From the human T2T-CHM13v2.0 reference genome, Homo sapiens, in assembly GCF_009914755.1 (NCBI RefSeq), contig NC_060933.1: a stretch of DNA of 64,000 nucleotides, one strand, 5' to 3'. The position numbers and the translations under genes are program-made. Shown here piece by piece: positions 12,784-25,501 of this stretch (positions are counted from its first letter, which is position 1; each line of letters opens with the position of its first letter). Under the pieces are notes generated by a model. That model was given only the letters and a program-made list of their open reading frames with translations, was not told where the DNA came from and made no database searches.

Positions 12784-15700
12784 TTAGTTTCCGTTCCATT
12801 CCATTCCCTTCCATTCCACTCGGGTTGATTCCATTCTATTAGTTTCCGTTCCATTCCATTCCCTTCCATTCCACTCTGGTTGATTCCTTTCCTTTCCATT
12901 CCACTCGAATACATTCCCTCCTATTCCACTCGGAACGATTCCATTCCATTCCATTCCATTCCATTCCATTCCACTCCATTCCATTCCATTCCATTTCGTT
13001 CCATTCCATTCTATTCCGTACCATTCCATTCCATTCCATTCCATTCCATTCCATTCCACTCCATTCCATTCCATTCCATTCCATTCCATTCCGTTCCATT
13101 CCATTCCGTTCCATTCCATTTCATTACATTCAGATTGATTCTATTCAATTCCCTAACACTCCATTACATTCCATTCCATTCGGGTTGTTTCCATTCCATT
13201 CCATTCCATTCCATTCCATTCCATTCCATTCCGGATGATTCCGTTCCATTGCATTCCATTCCATTCCATGCCCCTGCACTCGGGTGGATTCCATTCCATT
13301 CCATTCCATTCCATTCCATTCCATTCCATTCCGTTCCGTTCCTTTCCATTCCATTCCATTCCATTCCATTCCGTTCCTTTCCATTCCATTCCATTCCATA
13401 CTATTCGGGTTAATTCCATTCCATTCCATTCGATTGCAATCGAGTTGATTCCATTCCATTCCATTCCATTCGATTCCATTCCATTCCAATTCTTTCCATT
13501 CCATTCTATTCCGTACCATTCCATTCCATTCCATACAATTCCATTCCATTCCTTTCCATTACATTCCATTCCGTTCCGTTCCGTTCCGTTCCGTTCCATT
13601 CCATTCCATTCCATTCTATTCCATTCCATTGCAATCGAGTTGAATCCATTGCATTCCATTCCATTCCATTCCATTCCATTCCATTCCATTCCATTCCGGA
13701 AGATTCCATTCCATTGCATTCCATTCCATTCCATTCCCCTGCACTCGCGTTTATTCCCTTCAATTCCATTCCATTCCATTCCATTCCTTTCCATTCCGTT
13801 CCGTTCCGTTCCATTCCATTCCATTCCATTCCATTCCATTCCGTTCCGTTCTGTTCCATTCCATTCCATTCCATTCTATTCGGGTTAATTCCATTCCATT
13901 CCATTCGATTGCAATCGATTTGATTCCATTCCATTCCATTCCATTCCATTCCATTCCATTCCATTCCATTCCATTTCGCATGATTCCATTCCATTGCATT
14001 CCATTCCATCCCGTTCCCCTGTACTCGGGTTGATTCCATTCCATTCCATTCCATTCCATTCCATGCCATTCCACTCGTGTTGATTCCATTCTTTCCATTC
14101 CATTCAAGTTGAATCCATTCCATTGCATTCCATTCCATTCTATTCCATTCGATTGCATTCGGGTTGATTCCATTCCATTGCATTGCATTCCATTCCATTC
14201 CATTCCATTCCATTCCCTTCCATTCCATTCCATTCCATTCCATTATATTAGGGTTAATTCCATTCCATTCCATTCCATTCCATTCCATTCCATTCCATTC
14301 CATTCCAGTGCAATCGAGTTGATTCCATTCCATTCCATTCCATTCCATTCCATTCCATTCCATTCCATTCAATTCCGGATGATTCCATTCCATTGCCTTC
14401 CATTCCATTCCATTCCACTGCACTCGGGTTGATTCCATTCCATTCCATTCCATTCCATTCCATTCCATTCCATTCCATTCCGGATGATTCCGTTCCATTG
14501 CATTCCATTCCATTCCATGCCCCTGCACTCGGGTGGATTCCATTCCATTCCATTCCATTCCATTCCATTCCATTCCATTCCGTTCCGTTCCTTTCCATTC
14601 CATTCCATTCCATTCCATTCCGTTCCGTTCCATTCCATTCCATTCCATACTATTCGGGTTAATTCCATTCCATTCCATTCGATTGCAATCGAGTTGATTC
14701 CATTCCATTCCATTCCATTCGATTCCATTCCATTCCAATTCTTTCCATTCCATTCTATTCCGTACCATTCCATTCCATTCCATACAATTCCATTCCATTC
14801 CTTTCCATTACATTCCATTCCGTTCCGTTCCGTTCCGTTCCGTTCCATTCCATTCCATTCCATTCTATTCCATTCCATTGCAATCGAGTTGAATCCATTG
14901 CATTCCATTCCATTCCATTCCATTCCATTCCATTCCATTCCATTCCGGAAGATTCCATTCCATTGCATTCCATTCCATTCCATTCCCCTGCACTCGCGTT
15001 TATTCCCTTCAATTCCATTCCATTCCATTCCATTCCTTTCCATTCCGTTCCGTTCCGTTCCATTCCATTCCATTCCATTCCATTCCGTTCCGTTCTGTTC
15101 CATTCCATTCCATTCCATTCTATTCGGGTTAATTCCATTCCATTCCATTCGATTGCAATCGATTTGATTCCATTCCATTCCATTCCATTCCATTCCATTC
15201 CATTCCATTTCGCATGATTCCATTCCATTGCATTCCATTCCATCCCGTTCCCCTGTACTCGGGTTGATTCCATTCCATTCCATTCCATTCCATGCCATTC
15301 CACTCGTGTTGATTCCATTCTTTCCATTCCATTCAAGTTGAATCCATTCCATTGCATTCCATTCCATTCGATTCCATTCGATTGCACTCGGGTTGATTCC
15401 ATTCCATTGCATTGCATTCCATTCCATTCCATTCCATTCCATTCCCTTCCATTCCATTCCATTCCATTCCATTATATTAGGGTTAATTCCATTCCATTCC
15501 ATTCCATTCCATTCCATTCCATTCCATTCCATTCCAGTGCAATCGAGTTGATTCCATTCCATTCCATTCCATTCCATTCCATTCCATTCCATTCCATTCA
15601 ATTCCGGATGATTCCATTCCATTGCCTTCCATTGCATTCCATTCCACTGCACTCGGGTTGATTCCATTCCATTCCATTCCATTCCATTCCATTCCATTCC

Positions 15701-18700
15701 ATTCCATTTCATTTCGTTCCATTCCATTCTATTCCATTCCAATCCATTCCATTCCATTCCATTTCATTTCGTTCCATTCCATTCTCTTCCGGACCATTCC
15801 ATTCCATTCCATTCCATGCTATTCCACTCCGGTTGATTCCATTCCTTTCCATTCCATTCGACTTGAATCCATTCCATTCCATTCAATTCCATTCGATTCC
15901 ATTCCATTGCACACGGGTTCATTCCATTCCATTCCATTCCATTCCATTCAATTCCGGATGATTCCATTCCATTGCCTTCCATTCCATTCCATTCCACTGC
16001 ACTCGGGTTGATTCCATTCCATTCCATTCCATTCCATTCCATTCCATTCCATTCCATTCCATTTCATTTCGTTCCATTCCATTCTATTGCATACCATTCC
16101 ATTCCATTCCATTCCATTCCATTGCATTCCACTCGTGTTGATTCCATCCCTTTCCATTCCATTCGGTTTGATGGCATTCCATTCCATTCCATTCCATTCC
16201 ATTCCATTCCATTCCATTCCACTCCATTGTACTCGGGTTGATTCCATTCCATTGCATTCCACTCCATTCCATTCCATTCCATTCCGTTGCATTCCATTCC
16301 ATTACATTCGGATTGATTCTATTCAACTCCCTTACTCTCCATTACATTCAATTCCATTCGGGTTGTTCCATTCCATTCCATTCCATTCCACTCCATTCCA
16401 TTGCACTCGGGTTGATTCCATTCCATTCCATTCCATTCCATTCCATTCCATTCCGGATGATTCCATTCCATTGCATTCCGTTCCATTACATTCCCCTGCA
16501 CTCGCGTTGATTCCATTCCATTCCATTCCATTCAATTCAATTCCATTCCATTACAATTCCTTCCATTCCATTCTATTCCGTACCATTCCGTTCCATTCCA
16601 TACCATTCCATTCCATTCCATTGCATTCCATTCTGTTCCATTCCGTTCCATTCCATTCCATTCCATTCTATTCGGGTTTAATCCATTCCATTCCATTCCA
16701 TTCCATTCCATTCTATTCCTTTCCATTGCAATCGAGTTGAATCCATTGCATTTCATTCCATTCCATTCCATTCAATTCCATTCCGGAAGATTCCATTCCG
16801 TTGCATTCCATTCCATTCCATTCCCCTGCACTCGCGTTGATTCCATTCCATTCCATTCCATTCCATTCCGTTCCGTTCCATTCCATTCCATTCCATTCCA
16901 TTCCATTCCGTTCCGTTCCGTTCCATTCCATTCCATTCCATTCTATTCGGGTTAATTCCATTCCATTCCATTCGATTGCAATCGAGTTGATTACATTCCA
17001 TTCCATTGCATTCCATTCCATTCCATTCCATTCCATTCCTTTCCATTCCATTACGGATGATTCCATTCCATTGCATTCCATTCCATTCCATTCCCCTGTA
17101 CTCGGGTTGATTCGATTCCATTCCATTCCAATCCATGCCATTCCACTCGTGTTGATTCCATTCTTTCCATTCCATTCAATTTGAATCCATTCCATTGCAT
17201 TCCATTCCATTCGATTCCATTCGATTGCACTCGGGTTGATTCCATTCCGTTGCATTCCATTCAATTCCATTCCATTCCATTCCATTCCATTCCGTTCCAT
17301 TCCATTCCATTGCATTCGGATTGATTCTATTCAATTCCCTTACACTCCATTACATTCCATTCCATTCGGGTAGTTTCCATTCCATTCCATTCCATTCCTC
17401 TCCATTCCATTGCATTCGGGTTGATTCCATTCCATTGCATTCCATTCCATTCCATTCAATTCCATTCCTTTCCATTCCATTCCATTACATTCGGATTGAT
17501 TCTATTCAACTCCCTTACTCTCCATTACATTCCATTCCATTCGGGTTGTTCCATTCCATTCCATTCCATTCCACCCCATTCCATTGCACTCGGGTTGATT
17601 CCATTCCTTTCCATTCCACTCGAATACATTCCCTCATATTCCACTCGGAACGATTCCATTCCATTCCATTCCATTCCATTCCATTCCATTTCGTTCCATT
17701 CCATTCTATTCCGTACCATTCCATTCCATTCCATTTCTGTCCATTCCATTCCATTCCACTCGTGTTGATTCCATTCCTTTCCATTCCATTCGGTTTGAAC
17801 GCATTCCATTCCATTCCATTCCATTCCATTCCATTCCATTCCATTCCATTCCGTTGTACTCGGGTTGATTCCATTCCATTGCATTCCATTCCATTCCATT
17901 CCATTCCATTCCATTCCATTCCATTCCATTCCGTTGCATTCCATTCCATTACATTCGGATTGATTCTATTCAACACCCTTACTCTCCATTACATTCCATT
18001 CCATTCGGGTTGTTCCATTCCATTCCATTCCATTCCACTCCATTCCATTGCACTCGGGTTAATTCCATTCCATTCCATTCCATTCCATTCAATTCCGGAT
18101 GATTCCATTCCATTCCATTCCATTCCATTCCATTCCATTCCATTCCGTTCCGTTCCGTTCCGTTCCGTTCCATACCATTGCATTCCATTCTATTCGGGTT
18201 AATTCCATTCCATTCCATTCCATTCCATTCTATTCCATTCCATTGCAATCGAGTTGAATCCATTGCATTCCATTCCATTCCATTCCATTCCATACCATTC
18301 CAGAAGATTCCATTCCATTGCATTCCATTCCATTCCATTCCCCTGCACTCGCGTTGATTCCATTCCATTCCATTCCATTCCATTCCGTTCCGTTCCGTTC
18401 CGTTCCATTCCATTCCATTCTATTCGGGTTAATTCCATTCCATTCCATTCGATTGCAATCGAGTTGATTCCATTCCATTCCATTCCATTCCATTCCATTC
18501 CATTCCTTTCCATTCCATTACGGATGATTCCATTCCATTGCATTCCATTCCATTCCATTCCCCTGTACTCGGGTTGATTCCATTCCATTCCATTCCATTC
18601 CATTCTATTCCATTCCATTCCATTCCATACCGGAAGATTCCATTCCATTGCATTCCATTCCATTCCATTCCCCTGCACTCGGGTTGATTCCATTCCATTC

Positions 18701-19147
18701 CATTCTATTCCATTCCATTCCATTCCGTTGCGTTCCGTTCCGTTCCATTCCATTCCATTCCATTCCATTCCGTTCCGTTCCGTTCCATTCCATTCCATTC
18801 CATTCCATTACAATCGAGTTGATTCCATTCCATTCCATTCCATTCCATTCCATTCCATTCCATTCCATTCCTTTCCATTCCATTCCACTCGGGTTGATTC
18901 CATTCTATTAGTTTCCGTTCCATTCCATTCCCTTCCATTCCACTCTGGTTGACTCCTTTCCTTTCCATTCCACTCGAATACATTCCCTCCTATTCCACTC
19001 GGAACGATTCCATTCCATTCCATTCCATTCCATTCCATTCCATTCCATTCCATTACAATTGAGTTGATTCCATTCCATTCCATTCCATTCCATTCCATTC
19101 CATTCCATTGCTTTCCATTCCATTCCACTCGGGTTGATTCCATTCTA
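12784..19147 (+). repeat. HOR unit 3 (6364 bp)
   Basis: Many ORF-track entries are identical to those 6354-6364 bp downstream, e.g. the 462 aa ORFs at 14369..15757 and 20728..22116. Confidence 0.92.
13220..15700 (+). repeat. Internal ~1.24 kb tandem duplication within the HOR unit (unit 3 shown; equivalent in the other units)
   Basis: The rare words CGCGTTTATTCCC, TTTCGCATGA, CAAGTTGAAT, ATATTAGGGTTAA and CCAGTGCAATCG each occur twice per unit. ORF pairs: 13235/14484 (1249 bp), 14109/15338 (1229), 19599/20843 (1244), 26802/28046 (1244), 941/2315 (1374). Confidence 0.9.
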
Positions 19148-22100
19148 TTAGTTTCCGTTCCATTCCATTCCCTTCCATTCCACTCGGGTTGATTCCATTC
19201 TATTAGTTTCCGTTCCATTCCATTCCCTTCCATTCCACTCTGGTTGATTCCTTTCCTTTCCATTCCACTCGAATACATTCCCTCCTATTCCACTCGGAAC
19301 GATTCCATTCCATTCCATTCCATTCCATTCCATTCCACTCCATTCCATTCCATTCCATTTCGTTCCATTCCATTCTATTCCGTACCATTCCATTCCATTC
19401 CATTCCATTCCATTCCATTCCACTCCATTCCATTCCATTCCATTCCATTCCATTCCGTTCCATTCCATTCCGTTCCATTCCATTTCATTACATTCAGATT
19501 GATTCTATTCAATTCCCTAACACTCCATTACATTCCATTCCATTCGGGTTGTTTCCATTCCATTCCATTCCATTCCATTCCATTCCATTCCATTCCGGAT
19601 GATTCCGTTCCATTGCATTCCATTCCATTCCATGCCCCTGCACTCGGGTGGATTCCATTCCATTCCATTCCATTCCATTCCATTCCATTCCATTCCGTTC
19701 CGTTCCTTTCCATTCCATTCCATTCCATTCCATTCCGTTCCTTTCCATTCCATTCCATTCCATACTATTCGGGTTAATTCCATTCCATTCCATTCGATTG
19801 CAATCGAGTTGATTCCATTCCATTCCATTCCATTCGATTCCATTCCATTCCAATTCTTTCCATTCCATTCTATTCCGAACCATTCCATTCCATTCCATAC
19901 AATTCCATTCCATTCCTTTCCATTACATTCCATTCCGTTCCGTTCCGTTCCGTTCCGTTCCATTCCATTCCATTCCATTCTATTCCATTCCATTGCAATC
20001 GAGTTGAATCCATTGCATTCCATTCCATTCCATTCCATTCCATTCCATTCCATTCCATTCCGGAAGATTCCATTCCATTGCATTCCATTCCATTCCATTC
20101 CCCTGCACTCGCGTTTATTCCCTTCAATTCCATTCCATTCCATTCCATTCCTTTCCATTCCGTTCCGTTCCGTTCCATTCCATTCCATTCCATTCCATTC
20201 CGTTCCGTTCTGTTCCATTCCATTCCATTCCATTCTATTCGGGTTAATTCCATTCCATTCCATTCGATTGCAATCGATTTGATTCCATTCCATTCCATTC
20301 CATTCCATTCCATTCCATTCCATTCCATTCCATTTCGCATGATTCCATTCCATTGCATTCCATTCCATCCCGTTCCCCTGTACTCGGGTTGATTCCATTC
20401 CATTCCATTCCATTCCATTCCATGCCATTCCACTCGTGTTGATTCCATTCTTTCCATTCCATTCAAGTTGAATCCATTCCATTGCATTCCATTCCATTCT
20501 ATTCCATTCGATTGCATTCGGGTTGATTCCATTCCATTGCATTGCATTCCATTCCATTCCATTCCATTCCATTCCCTTCCATTCCATTCCATTCCATTCC
20601 ATTATATTAGGGTTAATTCCATTCCATTCCATTCCATTCCATTCCATTCCATTCCATTCCATTCCAGTGCAATCGAGTTGATTCCATTCCATTCCATTCC
20701 ATTCCATTCCATTCCATTCCATTCCATTCAATTCCGGATGATTCCATTCCATTGCCTTCCATTCCATTCCATTCCACTGCACTCGGGTTGATTCCATTCC
20801 ATTCCATTCCATTCCATTCCATTCCATTCCATTCCATTCCGGATGATTCCGTTCCATTGCATTCCATTCCATTCCATGCCCCTGCACTCGGGTGGATTCC
20901 ATTCCATTCCATTCCATTCCATTCCATTCCATTCCATTCCGTTCCGTTCCTTTCCATTCCATTCCATTCCATTCCATTCCGTTCCGTTCCATTCCATTCC
21001 ATTCCATACTATTCGGGTTAATTCCATTCCATTCCATTCGATTGCAATCGAGTTGATTCCATTCCATTCCATTCCATTCGATTCCATTCCATTCCAATTC
21101 TTTCCATTCCATTCTATTCCGTACCATTCCATTCCATTCCATACAATTCCATTCCATTCCTTTCCATTACATTCCATTCCGTTCCGTTCCGTTCCGTTCC
21201 GTTCCATTCCATTCCATTCCATTCTATTCCATTCCATTGCAATCGAGTTGAATCCATTGCATTCCATTCCATTCCATTCCATTCCATTCCATTCCATTCC
21301 ATTCCGGAAGATTCCATTCCATTGCATTCCATTCCATTCCATTCCCCTGCACTCGCGTTTATTCCCTTCAATTCCATTCCATTCCATTCCATTCCTTTCC
21401 ATTCCGTTCCGTTCCGTTCCATTCCATTCCATTCCATTCCATTCCGTTCCGTTCTGTTCCATTCCATTCCATTCCATTCTATTCGGGTTAATTCCATTCC
21501 ATTCCATTCGATTGCAATCGATTTGATTCCATTCCATTCCATTCCATTCCATTCCATTCCATTCCATTTCGCATGATTCCATTCCATTGCATTCCATTCC
21601 ATCCCGTTCCCCTGTACTCGGGTTGATTCCATTCCATTCCATTCCATTCCATGCCATTCCACTCGTGTTGATTCCATTCTTTCCATTCCATTCAAGTTGA
21701 ATCCATTCCATTGCATTCCATTCCATTCGATTCCATTCGATTGCACTCGGGTTGATTCCATTCCATTGCATTGCATTCCATTCCATTCCATTCCATTCCA
21801 TTCCCTTCCATTCCATTCCATTCCATTCCATTATATTAGGGTTAATTCCATTCCATTCCATTCCATTCCATTCCATTCCATTCCATTCCATTCCAGTGCA
21901 ATCGAGTTGATTCCATTCCATTCCATTCCATTCCATTCCATTCCATTCCATTCCATTCAATTCCGGATGATTCCATTCCATTGCCTTCCATTGCATTCCA
22001 TTCCACTGCACTCGGGTTGATTCCATTCCATTCCATTCCATTCCATTCCATTCCATTCCATTCCATTTCATTTCGTTCCATTCCATTCTATTCCATTCCA

Positions 22101-25100
22101 ATCCATTCCATTCCATTCCATTTCATTTCGTTCCATTCCATTCTCTTCCGGACCATTCCATTCCATTCCATTCCATGCTATTCCACTCCGGTTGATTCCA
22201 TTCCTTTCCATTCCATTCGACTTGAATCCATTCCATTCCATTCAATTCCATTCGATTCCATTCCATTGCACACGGGTTCATTCCATTCCATTCCATTCCA
22301 TTCCATTCAATTCCGGATGATTCCATTCCATTGCCTTCCATTCCATTCCATTCCACTGCACTAGGGTTGATTCCATTCCATTCCATTCCATTCCATTCCA
22401 TTCCATTCCATTCCATTCCATTTCATTTCGTTCCATTCCATTCTATTGCATACCATTCCATTCCATTCCATTCCATTCCATTGCATTCCACTCGTGTTGA
22501 TTCCATCCCTTTCCATTCCATTCGGTTTGATGGCATTCCATTCCATTCCATTCCATTCCATTCCATTCCATTCCATTCCACTCCATTGTACTCGGGTTGA
22601 TTCCATTCCATTGCATTCCACTCCATTCCATTCCATTCCATTCCGTTGCATTCCATTCCATTACATTCGGATTGATTCTATTCAACTCCCTTACTCTCCA
22701 TTACATTCAATTCCATTCGGGTTGTTCCATTCCATTCCATTCCATTCCACTCCATTCCATTGCACTCGGGTTGATTCCATTCCATTCCATTCCATTCCAT
22801 TCCATTCCATTCCGGATGATTCCATTCCATTGCATTCCGTTCCATTACATTCCCCTGCACTCGCGTTGATTCCATTCCATTCCATTCCATTCAATTCAAT
22901 TCCATTCCATTACAATTCCTTCCATTCCATTCTATTCCGTACCATTCCATTCCATTCCATACCATTCCATTCCATTCCATTCCATTCCATTCTGTTCCAT
23001 TCCGTTCCATTCCATTCCATTCCATTCTATTCGGGTTTAATCCATTCCATTCCATTCCATTCCATTCCATTCTATTCCTTTCCATTGCAATCGAGTTGAA
23101 TCCATTGCATTTCATTCCATTCCATTCCATTCAATTCCATTCCGGAAGATTCCATTCCGTTGCATTCCATTCCATTCCATTCCCCTGCACTCGCGTTGAT
23201 TCCATTCCATTCCATTCCATTCCATTCCGTTCCGTTCCATTCCATTCCATTCCATTCCATTCCATTCCGTTCCGTTCCGTTCCATTCCATTCCATTCCAT
23301 TCTATTCGGGTTAATTCCATTCCATTCCATTCGATTGCAATCGAGTTGATTACATTCCATTCCATTGCATTCCATTCCATTCCATTCCATTCCATTCCTT
23401 TCCATTCCATTACGGATGATTCCATTCCATTGCATTCCATTCCATTCCATTCCCCTGTACTCGGGTTGATTCGATTCCATTCCATTCCAATCCATGCCAT
23501 TCCACTCGTGTTGATTCCATTCTTTCCATTCCATTCAATTTGAATCCATTCCATTGCATTCCATTCCATTCGATTCCATTCGATTGCACTCGGGTTGATT
23601 CCATTCCGTTGCATTCCATTCAATTCCATTCCATTCCATTCCATTCCATTCCGTTCCATTCCATTCCATTGCATTCGGATTGATTCTATTCAATTCCCTT
23701 ACACTCCATTACATTCCATTCCATTCGAGTAGTTTCCATTCCATTCCATTCCATTCCTCTCCATTCCATTGCATTCGGGTTGATTCCATTCCATTGCATT
23801 CCATTCCATTCCATTCAATTCCATTCCTTTCCATTCCATTCCATTACATTCGGATTGATTCTATTCAACTCCCTTACTCTCCATTACATTCCATTCCATT
23901 CGGGTTGTTCCATTCCATTCCATTCCATTCCACCCCATTCCATTGCACTCGGGTTGATTCCATTCCTTTCCATTCCACTCGAATACATTCCCTCATATTC
24001 CACTCGGAACGATTCCATTCCATTCCATTCCATTCCATTCCATTCCATTTCGTTCCATTCCATTCTATTCCGTACCATTCCATTCCATTCCATTTCTGTC
24101 CATTCCATTCCATTCCACTCGTGTTGATTCCATTCCTTTCCATTCCATTCGGTTTGAACGCATTCCATTCCATTCCATTCCATTCCATTCCATTCCATTC
24201 CATTCCGTTGTACTCGGGTTGATTCCATTCCATTGCATTCCATTCCATTCCATTCCATTCCATTCCATTCCATTCCATTCCATTCCGTTGCATTCCATTC
24301 CATTACATTCGGATTGATTCTATTCAACACCCTTACTCTCCATTACATTCCATTCCATTCGGGTTGTTCCATTCCATTCCATTCCATTCCACTCCATTCC
24401 ATTGCACTCGGGTTAATTCCATTCCATTCCATTCCATTCCATTCAATTCCGGATGATTCCATTCCATTCCATTCCATTCCATTCCATTCCATTCCATTCC
24501 GTTCCGTTCCGTTCCGTTCCGTTCCATACCATTGCATTCCATTCTATTCGGGTTAATTCCATTCCATTCCATTCCATTCCATTCTATTCCATTCCATTGC
24601 AATCGAGTTGAATCCATTGCATTCCATTCCATTCCATTCCATTCCATACCATTCCAGAAGATTCCATTCCATTGCATTCCATTCCATTCCATTCCCCTGC
24701 ACTCGCGTTGATTCCATTCCATTCCATTCCATTCCATTCCGTTCCGTTCCGTTCCGTTCCATTCCATTCCATTCTATTCGGGTTAATTCCATTCCATTCC
24801 ATTCGATTGCAATCGAGTTGATTCCATTCCATTCCATTCCATTCCATTCCATTCCATTCCTTTCCATTCCATTACGGATGATTCCATTCCATTGCATTCC
24901 ATTCCATTCCATTCCCCTGTACTCGGGTTGATTCCATTCCATTCCATTCCATTCCATTCTATTCCATTCCATTCCATTCCATACCGGAAGATTCCATTCC
25001 ATTGCATTCCATTCCATTCCATTCCCCTGCACTCGGGTTGATTCCATTCCATTCCATTCTATTCCATTCCATTCCATTCCGTTGCGTTCCGTTCCGTTCC

Positions 25101-25501
25101 ATTCCATTCCATTCCATTCCATTCCGTTCCGTTCCGTTCCATTCCATTCCATTCCATTCCATTACAATCGAGTTGATTCCATTACATTCCATTCCATTCC
25201 ATTCCATTCCATTCCATTCCATTCCTTTCCATTCCATTCCACTCGGGTTGATTCCATTCTATTAGTTTCCGTTCCATTCCATTCCCTTCCATTCCACTCT
25301 GGTTGACTCCTTTCCTTTCCATTCCACTCGAATACATTCCCTCCTATTCCACTCGGAACGATTCCATTCCATTCCATTCCATTCCATTCCATTCCATTCC
25401 ATTCCATTACAATTGAGTTGATTCCATTCCATTCCATTCCATTCCATTCCATTCCATTCCATTCCTTTCCATTCCATTCCACTCGGGTTGATTCCATTCT
25501 A
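19148..25501 (+). repeat. HOR unit 4 (6354 bp)
   Basis: Near-identical to unit 3; shares private variants such as TTTGATGGC (about 16168 and 22527). Confidence 0.92.
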
